Under the pieces are notes generated by a model that searched no databases, was not told the DNA's origin, and saw only the letters and a list, made by a program, of their open reading frames with translations. A stretch of DNA of 46,628 nucleotides from a virus (taxonomy: Duplodnaviria > Heunggongvirae > Uroviricota > Caudoviricetes). The position numbers and the translations under genes were made by a program. Below, one piece after another: positions 25,486-35,339 of the stretch; position 1 is the stretch's first letter, and each line of letters starts with the position of its first letter. The DNA lies in IMG/VR virus record IMGVR_UViG_3300003155_000137, positions 1 to 46,628 of that record; one strand, given 5' to 3'.

Positions 25486-27849
25486 TCAGCGGGTCTCCTC
25501 CCACCAGTCGCGGGTGGTGCCATCCGCCAACGTGACATGGCCGGTCTCGCCGCTCATGTGCTTGACGCGGTGCGAGATCTCCTCGTGACGGCCGTGCACC
25601 ATCGGACGCTGCACCGGGTTGCCCAGGTAGCCGCAGGTGCGCTTGGTCACGTTGCACTTGTCCGGGTCGGAGTTGCCGCACTCGGGGCACTTGAAGCCCT
25701 CGTCGGTGGGTTCGAAGTCGCCCTGGAACCCGCAGACGAAGCAGTGGTCGATCGGGGTGTTGGTGCCCAGGTAGCCGATGCCGATGTTGTAGGCGTAATC
25801 CCACACGGCTTCGAGCGCCTTCGGATTGTCCTGCATACAGGGGAACTCGCAGTAGTTGATGAAGCCGCCGGAGGCGTAATACGGGAAGTTCTTCTCGAAG
25901 TCCAGTTTCTCGAACGGGGTCGGCTGCAACCACACCGGATAGTGGAACGAGTTGGTGTAGAAGTCGTGGTCGGTCACGCCATCGACGACGCCGAAGCGTT
26001 CGCGGTCCATGCGGTTGAAGCGGTCGGTCAGTGACTCCGCAGGGGTTGAATACACCGAGTAGTGGTAGCCCTCATCACTCTCCCACCGCTTGCACAGCTC
26101 GTTCATGCGACGAACGATGGATAGGGCGAAACCCTTGCCATCCTCATCCCAATGGTGGTCGGTGATCCAGTCCTTGCCGTAGAAGACTGCGGTCGTCTCG
26201 TACAGCCCTATGTAGCCGAGCGATATGGTGGCCCTGCCGTCCCTGAAGAGGCTGTCCACGCCGTCTCCGGGGTCGAGACGCCCTATGGCACCGTAGCGGT
26301 ACATGCTCGGGGCGTTGACCGGAGTGGCCTGTTTGCAACGCATGATGCGGAACTGTAACGCTTGGTGCGCCACGTCCATGCGTTCGTCGAACAGTCTCCA
26401 GAACCGCTCCTTGTCGCCGTGCGACTCCAAGGCGATTCTGGGGAGGTTCACGCTCACCACACCGAGATTCAGACGCCCGTCCTCGACGTCCTCGCCGGTC
26501 TCGGGGTCGGCCCAAGCCTGAAGGAAGGAACGGCAGCCCATCGGGGCCTTGAAGGAGCCGGTGATTCTGACGATGTTCTCATAGAAGACGATGTCCGGAT
26601 ACATGCGCTTGGTGGAGCACTCAAGCGCCAACTGCTTCATGTCGTAGTTCGGGTCGCCGGGATCGGCGTTGATGCCGTGCCTGATTGTGAACACGAGCTT
26701 CGGGAAGATGGCGGTCTGATGATCGGAGCCGAGACCCATGATTCTGTTGAGGAATATCGCCCTCTGAATCTCCCTTGCGAACCACGAGGTTCCCAGGCCG
26801 AAGCCGACGGTAACGAACGGGGTCTGACCGTTGGAGACGCGGTTGGAGTTGATCTGGTACTCCATGGTCTGCATGGCGTCGTAGATGGCCTTGCGGGTCC
26901 TGAGCTTCGCATACACCTCCCTGATGTCGTCAAGCTCGTCATCGTTATGGTGGAACGGCGCGTCCTCTGATTCCGGTATGTCGGGGCGGCCATCAGTGAA
27001 ATGGAGCGCCTTGCGCTCGTTGCGCTTCAGCGATTCAACGATCTCACGGGCGACCCGAACGTCCATGTCATCGGGGATGACGGCATGTGCGTCCTCAAGG
27101 GCCTTCTCGTAGTCGAGGCGCGCGTAACGCTCCAGCATCTCGTCGGCGCGGTTCACGGTCTGGCCTCCGTACTGGCAACCGGCGATGTCCTTGATGATCT
27201 GCGTGATCTGCGTGGCGGCGGTGCCGATGGACTTCGGGGAGTCCATCATCGCGTTGCCCAGCGCGAAGCCGTGGGCGAGCATGTCGCCGAAGTTCGGCAG
27301 CGAGCAGTTCGTCTCGGCGGTGAACGGGGAGTAGTCGAGGTCGTGGAAGTGGATGTCGCCCTTCCTGTGGGCGTTGGCGACCGCCGTCGGGAGCATGTTG
27401 AGCGCCATCGCCTTGGACACCGTGCCGGCCAGCAGGTCGCGCTGGGTGGCGTAGACGTTGGAGTCCTTGTTGGCGTTCTCGTGGGCTATGGACTCATCGC
27501 GGTTCATGAATCGGCTGACGGCCTCGTTCACGTCGGTCGACCTCGCGCGGTCGATGTCCCTGTTCAGGCGGTACTGCGTGTAGGCCCTGGCCACATCATA
27601 CAGATGGTTGTCGATCAGCGCGTGCTCGACGAGGTTCTGGATGTCCTCTATCCTGATGGGTTCGGTGAACCTGCCCGACGCCTCCGACTCGACCTCGCCG
27701 GACATGTCGTCGATCATCCTTGATTCCTGCGGTCCGATCTCCCTGCCGAGATCGCGGAACGCCGACGATATCGCTCTCCTTATGTTGTCCCTGTCGAAGT
27801 CGACGATACGACCGTCGCGCTTCTCGACGCGCATGGCCTCTTCCGTCAT
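25486..27849 (-). CDS. nrdD: anaerobic (class III) ribonucleoside-triphosphate reductase
   Basis: N-terminal ATP cone (VEKRDG..VDFD...I..AI), IHFHDLDY, MGCRSFL, KRTCGYLG glycyl-radical motif, CFVC..CPEC zinc site; RBS GAAAGGA. Confidence 0.97.
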   Translation of the reverse strand: MTEEAMRVEKRDGRIVDFDRDNIRRAISSAFRDLGREIGPQESRMIDDMSGEVESEASGRFTEPIRIEDIQNLVEHALIDNHLYDVARAYTQYRLNRDIDRARSTDVNEAVSRFMNRDESIAHENANKDSNVYATQRDLLAGTVSKAMALNMLPTAVANAHRKGDIHFHDLDYSPFTAETNCSLPNFGDMLAHGFALGNAMMDSPKSIGTAATQITQIIKDIAGCQYGGQTVNRADEMLERYARLDYEKALEDAHAVIPDDMDVRVAREIVESLKRNERKALHFTDGRPDIPESEDAPFHHNDDELDDIREVYAKLRTRKAIYDAMQTMEYQINSNRVSNGQTPFVTVGFGLGTSWFAREIQRAIFLNRIMGLGSDHQTAIFPKLVFTIRHGINADPGDPNYDMKQLALECSTKRMYPDIVFYENIVRITGSFKAPMGCRSFLQAWADPETGEDVEDGRLNLGVVSVNLPRIALESHGDKERFWRLFDERMDVAHQALQFRIMRCKQATPVNAPSMYRYGAIGRLDPGDGVDSLFRDGRATISLGYIGLYETTAVFYGKDWITDHHWDEDGKGFALSIVRRMNELCKRWESDEGYHYSVYSTPAESLTDRFNRMDRERFGVVDGVTDHDFYTNSFHYPVWLQPTPFEKLDFEKNFPYYASGGFINYCEFPCMQDNPKALEAVWDYAYNIGIGYLGTNTPIDHCFVCGFQGDFEPTDEGFKCPECGNSDPDKCNVTKRTCGYLGNPVQRPMVHGRHEEISHRVKHMSGETGHVTLADGTTRDWWEETR

Positions 27850-27892
27850 ATGTCGTCCTTTCATTCGGTTCTGTTGTTGTCGGTAGAACCCA

Positions 27893-27965
27893 ATCTTATA
27901 TCCACCGAGGCACATCCGAAGTCGACCGGACGCATTCCGATGATGCCGACGACGGACTAGAATTG
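27893..27965. promoter_or_regulatory. divergent -10 boxes for nrdD and the large virion gene
   Basis: TAAGATTG on minus (27898-27891) and TAGAATTG on plus (27958-27965). Confidence 0.5.
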
Positions 27966-28007
27966 GTGTATGAGTGCCCAGTCAATGGGGCGCGTGAACC
28001 GGTCGTC

Positions 28008-31000
28008 ATGAGCGAAGGGGTGTTTGTTTTGGCCGACATCTTCATCGGGGATACCTACGACTCACAATATTACGATGCGGTCGTGACACAGACCGACAAG
28101 GAGCGGCTGAAGACCAGGACGCAGGAGTGGATGTCGCGCCCGAGGGAGTCCGCGAGCTCGGTCGTCGAGATCCTCACATACGAGTTCGCGGACAGAGCGC
28201 CCATATCATCCATCGCGTTCGACGTCCTGTCCGTCGGTGCCGAGTATGAGATGTGGTACTACGATTCGGCCGGGACAAGGCTTCCGCTGCTGAGGGATGA
28301 CTACAACCAGATTCACTTCGTCGTGGAATCCGAAGAGGATTGGACGAGATGGCAGCACTGGGAGTTCCAGTGCATGGCGTGCGTGGCGACGAAGCTCGAG
28401 CTGAGGATGCGTCGCATCGACGACGATCTCGCCCCCGACAACGAGTACTCGCTCGGCGTGAGGAAGATGGCCATCAAGCGCCAGATCAATACGAGGGTGG
28501 ACGCGGCGCTGCCGTTGCAGGACACCACCGACATCCTCGGCAACATCGTGTCCAAGACCGTGTACGACTGGGATGCCAGATTCATGGCCGATGGCGAGGA
28601 CAACACGTTCTGGAAGTGCGAGCCGCAGATATCCCAGGATGCGGTCGTCTGCCTGTATCTCGACATCAGGGACAAATACGGCGAGCCGCAGTACTTCGAC
28701 TCGATCAACATCGACCCAGTCTACGCCGGTTCGCAGATGAACGTGTACTATTCCAACGACACCACGATGGGTGACCGCGTGCCGTCGCACTCATCGTATC
28801 CGGCGGCATACTCCGGATGCGAGTACACCACGGACAGCGCCACGGGCTGGAGGGACGGGGAGAATCCGCTCATCTCAACCGACCTGACGGCGGCCGAGAT
28901 GGACCTCGACGGAAGCTGGATGATAGGCGTGAGCTGGCTTCCGATGTCGCAGCCCTCCGGAACCACGACCATAGCGTCGATAGGCAGGAACTTCAGGCTC
29001 GACCTGAACGCCGACGATGGAAGACTCGAGTTCTGGTATCAGCATGACGGCGGGCTCGACCACATCGACATCGACATGCCGTGCGACGTCAAATACAGGC
29101 GCGGACTGCCGCAGGTGGACAACGTCGATTCCGAGATTCGCGTCGAGTTCGGCGTGGACAAAGGCGACGACGAACTCCTGCACATCAGGGTGAGGATGCT
29201 CAACTGGTACACGACGACCGGAGAGCTGATAGACCCGACCACCGACGACAAGCCGACCCACGAGGCCGGCGAGATCATCGACGACGAGACCGTGGTCAAG
29301 ACGGTCAGGACGGCCATGCAGATTTCCGCCATAGTTGACGGGGTGAAGAGCGGCGACGTGTCGGGCGCGTCGGTGAGGACGTTGTCGGATGGGATCGACA
29401 GCTCCACCGAGCTGGTGGTGGCCGGGCATTCATCCGTTGAGATACCGTTGTCGATACCGGAAGACATCGACCCGGTGTCGGGCGGCTATGACATCGACGT
29501 CGAACTGAACTACCGTACCGACGACGCCTATCTCGGAGGCGGCGAGCTCGTCATAGCCAATGGCGACGAGATCAAGAACGGATACACCTCATGGTGGTAC
29601 GGCACGCAGGGTGAGTCGCCATCAAGGATGAACATCGGCACCGACGGTCAGGTCACCAACTGGTTCCAGAACCCGGAGTTCTCGGCATCCGGCTCGTGGC
29701 AGCCGGACGAGACCACCGGAAACGGCACGGCCACGCTCACGGGCGGCTCGCTCAGGCTGAATGGGATGATCCGCGTCAGAAGCGTCGAGGCGTTGCCGTA
29801 TCAGGTCCCCGGAGGGCGGTACTACGTGTTTTCTGCGGTTCCCGAGTTCTCCGGCGTCGATTCGCTGTACAAGAGCTACTCGCTCTTCGTCTATGACGGG
29901 AGGAGCGAGACCTATGTGGCGTTCGCCGACGGTATGCCGGTTTCCGGCGGGAGGGTCGAACTGAGATTCTTCATGCCGGACGACCCATCGCTCATATCAT
30001 TGGGATTCGTCGGAGGCTCGGAATCCGGTGACGTTGTCACATGGCGCGACCCCATGCTGTGCGAGGCGGACGATTGGGCCACGCTTGAGAGTCACGGTGT
30101 CGACTACTTCTCCGGCGACACATACAGGCGGACCGGTGACGTCATAGAGCGCTACAGTCAGGAGCTCAACCCGAATCCGAGGAACAGAGAGGACCTTCCG
30201 CTCATCGGTGAGGTCGTGCATCCGTCGTTCTGCCAGAAACGCTCGTTCAACTCGGACATCGTCAAGATAAATCCGTATCTCAATACCTACGACATACCGC
30301 AGATCGACTGGTGGATACCGGCCAAGGGCGGCAGCTCGTTCACGTTCTCGTTCTGGTGCATATCGAGGAAGGCGTGGTCGCAGCTTCAGCCGGTCATGCT
30401 CGACACCAAGGGCAACATGTACTGGCCCGACCGTTACCAGTACTCGGAGGGCGAGGGTGGATGGCGGCTCGTGTACGCCCGCGTCTCCATACCATCCGAC
30501 CACGAGCCGGACATGATGACCTTCGGAATCTACGAAAGGGCGACCGATGCGTTCTCCTATCTTGGGGAGATGCATGTCTACGATAACTCGGCCGCGTTCG
30601 AGGAGCCGGAGCCATACACCGTGGCGTCGGCGTCAAGGAGATTCTCCGCATCGCTGTCGACCGGTTCGCTGTCGGGACTCAAGGTGCTGGTGAGGAACTC
30701 CGACGCCAATCCCATCTACGTCGAATCATGCTCGGTCAGGGCCGTTGCGAGACGTGTGTCGGACCTGCCGGACGCGACCGCATCGTTCTCGTGGACCCAC
30801 GGAACGCTGAGGAACGTCGTGGTCAAGCAGGAGGGCATCCCGGACGAGGACAGGGACAGGTTCCTTCAGAATCCCGACATCTACACGTCACCGGACTCAT
30901 ACGACGTCTCATCGACATTGTTCAACGCCCTGCTGTACGGAAGGTTCTCGTATGAGCAGACGCTGAGGGGAGGGGTGGCCGACTCCGCATTCGACGCCAA

Positions 31001-33296
31001 GGTGTGGACCCCGATACTGACCGGTGCCACCCTCGAACGCACCAGATACACGATGCCGACACCGACCCAGGCTAGGTTCGTCAAGCTGGAGTTCTCCCAG
31101 CTCACGCCACAGCAGTACCCGATAGAGTCGCCGTACATATCGTCCACCTACCGCGTGTTCCCCGTGGAGCAGACACGGGAGATGCTCCAGCGGGCCAACG
31201 CCGACGAGACTGTGAGGAACGGACGACAGACCGTCGACTCGTATTACGGCAACACGCTCACCGCAAGGCAGAGCGCCTATTATGCATCGACCGACCTCGG
31301 CAACCCGACGCGCTCGGGCGACAGGAGGTCGCTGTACGACAATCCGGACGCCGAGGTGCTGACGTCCAGCGACACCGGCGACTACGACGCCAGGCTGTCG
31401 GGGACGTCCATCGCCGACGCCACGAGGACGGAGACCACGTCATCGACATTGCTCAACACGGTGGGCACATCGACCGCAGTGGCGTCGTCGGGGGCGGGGC
31501 TGTCCAGATTGTCCACGGCGGCGCAGGAGAACGCCAGATACATGATATACACCGCCCAGGCGTCCGAGACGCTGATCGCCATTGCCAGACGGTACGATCT
31601 GGCCGACTGGAGACTCATACGTCAGGTCGACGGATACGTGGACGACAAGTCGGACAGGACGGCGATATCGGGAAGGGTCCCCGGATACTGGGTGCTCCCC
31701 GGACAGCAGCTCCTCATACCGGTCGGTCAGGTCAGGCAGGTGACGGGAACCTCGAAGATCGACACCATCGACAGGGTGGCGACCAAGCAACCGCTCACGT
31801 CCATCGTGGACATCAGGACGCCGATACCGACGCTCACCACGAACGGCCCGAAGTACTTCAGCCAGACATCCGTCCACAGCTACGAGTACCGCACGGAGAG
31901 AAGAACGCAGTCCATAGCGTACTTCGTCGCAATCCGCGAGCTTTCCGTCGACATCGTCGACTACTTGCAGGAGCGCGACAACGTGTCGTGGAACTTCTAC
32001 TCGATGGCGATGCCGGTATGGCATCTCGACGGCGGATACCTGACGACCCAGGAGGTGTTCGTCCCCGACCTCTCCACCGGAAGGGGCGTGGCGGTCGCCG
32101 AGACCGACGTGATGCATTCGCAGTCCTACTACAGGACGTGCAAGTACATTTCCGTCAACCGCGACAGCCTGATGAACAGGACGTACTTCTCGTTCGAGGG
32201 CGAGGCGTGGCACGGCCCCGAATACTGGGATCAGCACCCCGAGCTGAACTGCGTGTGGGATGACTCGACGCCGGACAACCCCGACGTCTATGAGGACAAT
32301 GGCGGAGCATGGAACTCCAGAAGATTCGCATGGGGAGACACATGGAGCGGCACGATAGTCCCCGGACACACCGACGACGTATGGTATGACGGCGAACTCG
32401 TCAAGCACATCGTCGTGAACCCCGAGGACAGGGTCTTCGACGCCGACGGCAACCAGCAGCCGTATGTGTATCACCTCGGTGAAATCTATGTTCCCAGCAA
32501 CTCGCTTGCTGTGCTCGGCGCGTCACTGTTCTCGCTGAAGACGGCGAACCCGAACAGGCCGGACCATCATCTTGAGACGCGGCTCCAGCTCGTTTCCGGA
32601 AGGTGGTCGAACGACCCGATGATAGACGAGGTGGTCGGGTTCGACGACACCAAGATCGGCATATGGCAGAACGTGACCACGTCGAGACACCACCTCCTCG
32701 ACATGCAGTACAAGTGCGACGTGTACCTGTACTTCAACGACTTCGAGCGGCTCGACCTGTATGCAAAGAGCATGTATCTTGAGCTTGGAACCATGCGCAT
32801 CCTCCAGAAGAACAACGTCAACCTCGACTGGGAGGACGTCACGTCGGCCGTCGGCAGGGCGGATTCCGAATACACCTTCAGGACGACCGGTCACGACCTC
32901 CAGCTCCGCGTCGAGATGTACGACCCTCAGGACTGGTTCAGCCAGATCATCGTCGTCCCGATTTACATTCCGCAGGAGGATGCTGTTGATACGACGTCAT
33001 CAATTGTCCACGACGTATCGCTTGTGCAGAATGATGGTGCCGGGTCGGCGATACCGGTATCAGGATATGTGGGCAACAGCTTCTCAGTAGGTGTCAGAGT
33101 CCACTATGCTACGGGGGCCGAATCAGGAATCATCGTTGACGGCGCGCACTTCTACTCATCCGACGAATCCGTCGTCACATTCTCAGTGTCAGGAAACGTT
33201 ACGACGATGAGATTTATTGGAGTCGGCGACGCAGAGGTGTGGGGGGAGTATGGGGGCATAACAAGCGAACGGGTGTCCATGCATGTAACCCATTAG
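28008..33296 (+). CDS. large multidomain virion (tail/baseplate-type) protein; start 28008 (ATG) or 28029 (TTG)
   Basis: ~1750 aa, beta-sandwich/CBM-like segments, LysM-like segment (YTAQASETLIAIARRY...LPGQQLLIP) and C-terminal Ig-like domain. Confidence 0.6.
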   Translation: MSEGVFVLADIFIGDTYDSQYYDAVVTQTDKERLKTRTQEWMSRPRESASSVVEILTYEFADRAPISSIAFDVLSVGAEYEMWYYDSAGTRLPLLRDDYNQIHFVVESEEDWTRWQHWEFQCMACVATKLELRMRRIDDDLAPDNEYSLGVRKMAIKRQINTRVDAALPLQDTTDILGNIVSKTVYDWDARFMADGEDNTFWKCEPQISQDAVVCLYLDIRDKYGEPQYFDSINIDPVYAGSQMNVYYSNDTTMGDRVPSHSSYPAAYSGCEYTTDSATGWRDGENPLISTDLTAAEMDLDGSWMIGVSWLPMSQPSGTTTIASIGRNFRLDLNADDGRLEFWYQHDGGLDHIDIDMPCDVKYRRGLPQVDNVDSEIRVEFGVDKGDDELLHIRVRMLNWYTTTGELIDPTTDDKPTHEAGEIIDDETVVKTVRTAMQISAIVDGVKSGDVSGASVRTLSDGIDSSTELVVAGHSSVEIPLSIPEDIDPVSGGYDIDVELNYRTDDAYLGGGELVIANGDEIKNGYTSWWYGTQGESPSRMNIGTDGQVTNWFQNPEFSASGSWQPDETTGNGTATLTGGSLRLNGMIRVRSVEALPYQVPGGRYYVFSAVPEFSGVDSLYKSYSLFVYDGRSETYVAFADGMPVSGGRVELRFFMPDDPSLISLGFVGGSESGDVVTWRDPMLCEADDWATLESHGVDYFSGDTYRRTGDVIERYSQELNPNPRNREDLPLIGEVVHPSFCQKRSFNSDIVKINPYLNTYDIPQIDWWIPAKGGSSFTFSFWCISRKAWSQLQPVMLDTKGNMYWPDRYQYSEGEGGWRLVYARVSIPSDHEPDMMTFGIYERATDAFSYLGEMHVYDNSAAFEEPEPYTVASASRRFSASLSTGSLSGLKVLVRNSDANPIYVESCSVRAVARRVSDLPDATASFSWTHGTLRNVVVKQEGIPDEDRDRFLQNPDIYTSPDSYDVSSTLFNALLYGRFSYEQTLRGGVADSAFDAKVWTPILTGATLERTRYTMPTPTQARFVKLEFSQLTPQQYPIESPYISSTYRVFPVEQTREMLQRANADETVRNGRQTVDSYYGNTLTARQSAYYASTDLGNPTRSGDRRSLYDNPDAEVLTSSDTGDYDARLSGTSIADATRTETTSSTLLNTVGTSTAVASSGAGLSRLSTAAQENARYMIYTAQASETLIAIARRYDLADWRLIRQVDGYVDDKSDRTAISGRVPGYWVLPGQQLLIPVGQVRQVTGTSKIDTIDRVATKQPLTSIVDIRTPIPTLTTNGPKYFSQTSVHSYEYRTERRTQSIAYFVAIRELSVDIVDYLQERDNVSWNFYSMAMPVWHLDGGYLTTQEVFVPDLSTGRGVAVAETDVMHSQSYYRTCKYISVNRDSLMNRTYFSFEGEAWHGPEYWDQHPELNCVWDDSTPDNPDVYEDNGGAWNSRRFAWGDTWSGTIVPGHTDDVWYDGELVKHIVVNPEDRVFDADGNQQPYVYHLGEIYVPSNSLAVLGASLFSLKTANPNRPDHHLETRLQLVSGRWSNDPMIDEVVGFDDTKIGIWQNVTTSRHHLLDMQYKCDVYLYFNDFERLDLYAKSMYLELGTMRILQKNNVNLDWEDVTSAVGRADSEYTFRTTGHDLQLRVEMYDPQDWFSQIIVVPIYIPQEDAVDTTSSIVHDVSLVQNDGAGSAIPVSGYVGNSFSVGVRVHYATGAESGIIVDGAHFYSSDESVVTFSVSGNVTTMRFIGVGDAEVWGEYGGITSERVSMHVTH

Positions 33297-34441
33297 TCAT
33301 CTACGCAGGACAGCGTCGACCTGAGATTGTGATTCCTGGAATATCTTTTCAGGTCGACGCCAGTCATGATTGCATACCCGATGCCCTCACTTGACAGAAA
33401 TTCAGATGCCGCTTTCGCCTTTGCCACAACAACCGGATCATCTACCAGTCTGTCATCTTTCGTCTCAATCACAATACGGCTTCCGTCGACCATATCAACG
33501 CTGAAATCGGGAAAATACACCTTGTCAACTCCTTCCATTGAATAGATGATCTTTATCCCACATCTATGAAAATCTGCAATCGAAACGTCCTCCTTTGCGC
33601 TTCTACAGAATGAGGATTCGTAAGATGATGCACAGAACACACTGTCCCCACTCTTATTTGTCTCCCATGACCTGCGACCTCTAATATTGTGTTCGTTCTC
33701 CCATTTCACCCACCCATCAGCATCGAGTGACGAGAAGAATGCATGCATCCGATCAGATATCAACTTCTTATACTCTGGGTGCTCACGATATCTTTTCAGT
33801 TGCGCATCTCTTTGTGATTTTCGGTACTTGTCCGTTTTCGCAATTTTAGAGAACGTCTTTAGCCTTTTCTCTCTCGACTCTTTCGTACAAATCGTTTCAT
33901 TGGCGTGTCTTCTCATTTTCTCAACGAAATCATGGTCGCGCATTCTTGCTTCTCTTCTATCGGCAAGCCTTCTTACAACATCTTGGTTGTGCATCACGGT
34001 CATGTGTTGTCGTAATGCCGGTTCAGTAATGCAATTCTTGCCACAGACAGAACACTGAAACAATCCGTATTTGGTGAGATGTGACATTCTTATGTGTATC
34101 ATCAGCGAGCGTTTGCTTTTAAAGATAGCGCCGCAATGATTGCACACGCTCTCTACACACCCTTCACTGTGCGTGAGCATATGTCTTTTCAGTCCCGGCC
34201 TGCTTGCAAAGGATTTTCCACATTCTTCACATACAACCTTGTTGTCATCGTCGCGCTTGTCCTTATTGTGAGTCATGGTCATGTGATATCTGAGTGACCT
34301 TACACACTTAAAGGTTCTTCCGCACAGGTCACAGGTGCTGCAATTGTCAGAGTGCATCATCCTGTGCAAAGTGAGCGACTGCTTTTTAGGAAAGGTGCGA
34401 CCACACACATCGCACACAAACTTATCGTCATTTTCACCCAT
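33293..34441 (-). CDS. five-C2H2-finger protein fused to TnsA-like PD-(D/E)XK endonuclease (homing-endonuclease-like)
   Basis: Five Cx2Cx12Hx3-4H fingers; C-terminal S.YE...YFPDF...IETK; markedly AT-richer than flanks; leaderless start 7 nt after TATGAT. Confidence 0.8.
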   Translation of the reverse strand: MGENDDKFVCDVCGRTFPKKQSLTLHRMMHSDNCSTCDLCGRTFKCVRSLRYHMTMTHNKDKRDDDNKVVCEECGKSFASRPGLKRHMLTHSEGCVESVCNHCGAIFKSKRSLMIHIRMSHLTKYGLFQCSVCGKNCITEPALRQHMTVMHNQDVVRRLADRREARMRDHDFVEKMRRHANETICTKESREKRLKTFSKIAKTDKYRKSQRDAQLKRYREHPEYKKLISDRMHAFFSSLDADGWVKWENEHNIRGRRSWETNKSGDSVFCASSYESSFCRSAKEDVSIADFHRCGIKIIYSMEGVDKVYFPDFSVDMVDGSRIVIETKDDRLVDDPVVVAKAKAASEFLSSEGIGYAIMTGVDLKRYSRNHNLRSTLSCVDD

Positions 34442-34477
34442 AAAATCAATCATACCAAAACTGCCACCACAGTGGCA

Positions 34478-34807
34478 GTGCCACATGAGGACAGCGTAAA
34501 CTGGTCATCCGACTTCATCCACGAGCTCGAACTCGTCCAGGCCGACACCGCCGGTTCGGCCATACCGGTGAACGGAAGGCAGGGTGCCCAGTACGCCTTG
34601 GCGGTCAGGGCGACCTATGGGGACGGTACGTCATCCGGAGTGATAACGGAGGGCGTCTCCTATTGGACGTCCGACCCCGACGTGCTTCTCGTGAGGGATT
34701 CGTCCGGGAAGAAGGCGCTGCTGTTCGCCGGCCCCGGAGACGCGACCATCACCGCGACATACAAAGGTGCCACGTCATCGCCGATATCAATCCATGTGAC
34801 CCAGTAG
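34478..34807 (+). pseudogene. displaced original 3' end (Ig-like domain) of the large virion gene
   Basis: VPHEDSV...IHELELVQADTAGSAIPVNG...ISIHVTQ aligns with IPQEDAV...VHDVSLVQNDGAGSAIPVSG...VSMHVTH at 32967-33296; no evident own start. Confidence 0.65.
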
Positions 34808-34825
34808 GAGGAAGGCGGCATCGGT

Positions 34826-35266
34826 TCACGACACCAGGTCGATGCCGTCGTACCTGCGCTCCAGCTCCTCGGCTATGTCGTCCATCCTCTTCGACTTGCC
34901 GGGGTCGCCTATGGTGCGCGCGCCCTTCGCAAAAGAGCGGTACATCCTCGCCAGCCTGTCCACGTCGTGCTGGACGTCGACGATGGCGAGTCTCGCCGAC
35001 GTCATCTCCGGCGTGGCGTCCATCTCATCCAATTCACGGAGGGCGACGGCCCACTCGAACCTCCATCGGTTCAGCTCGTCCTCGCAGATCATCTCCCTGC
35101 GCCTCCAAGGGGTGCCCCACCTGATGATGTTCTCCTCGTCCTTGGGGCTGAACAGCACGATGGAGTCCCTGTCGTCGTCCCTCGTCCTTGCGTCATACGA
35201 CAGCGGTCTTCCGTGACCGGTTCCCCTCCCCTTGCGTCCTCCGCGTCCACGAGACATCAGAACCAT
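34826..35266 (-). CDS. hypothetical protein
   Basis: RBS GAAAGG, helical basic/acidic sequence. Confidence 0.55.
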   Translation of the reverse strand: MVLMSRGRGGRKGRGTGHGRPLSYDARTRDDDRDSIVLFSPKDEENIIRWGTPWRRREMICEDELNRWRFEWAVALRELDEMDATPEMTSARLAIVDVQHDVDRLARMYRSFAKGARTIGDPGKSKRMDDIAEELERRYDGIDLVS

Positions 35267-35339
35267 CGCCTTTCCGAACCGAACATCGCCATAAACAACC
35301 TTCTACGGTCACAATACCACCGGACCCCGACAGCCACGA

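Noticed and set aside
24324-27723. Long antisense/alternative-frame ORFs (e.g. 1532-2626, 24324-25352, 26362-26970, 31440-32474, 42976-44421)
   Set aside because: Shadow ORFs of high-GC3 genes; compositionally biased translations without motifs or RBS.
27720-28007. N-terminal extension of the 1858-aa ORF
   Set aside because: Overlaps the nrdD start and the divergent promoters; RBS and -10 box favour a start at 28008-28029.
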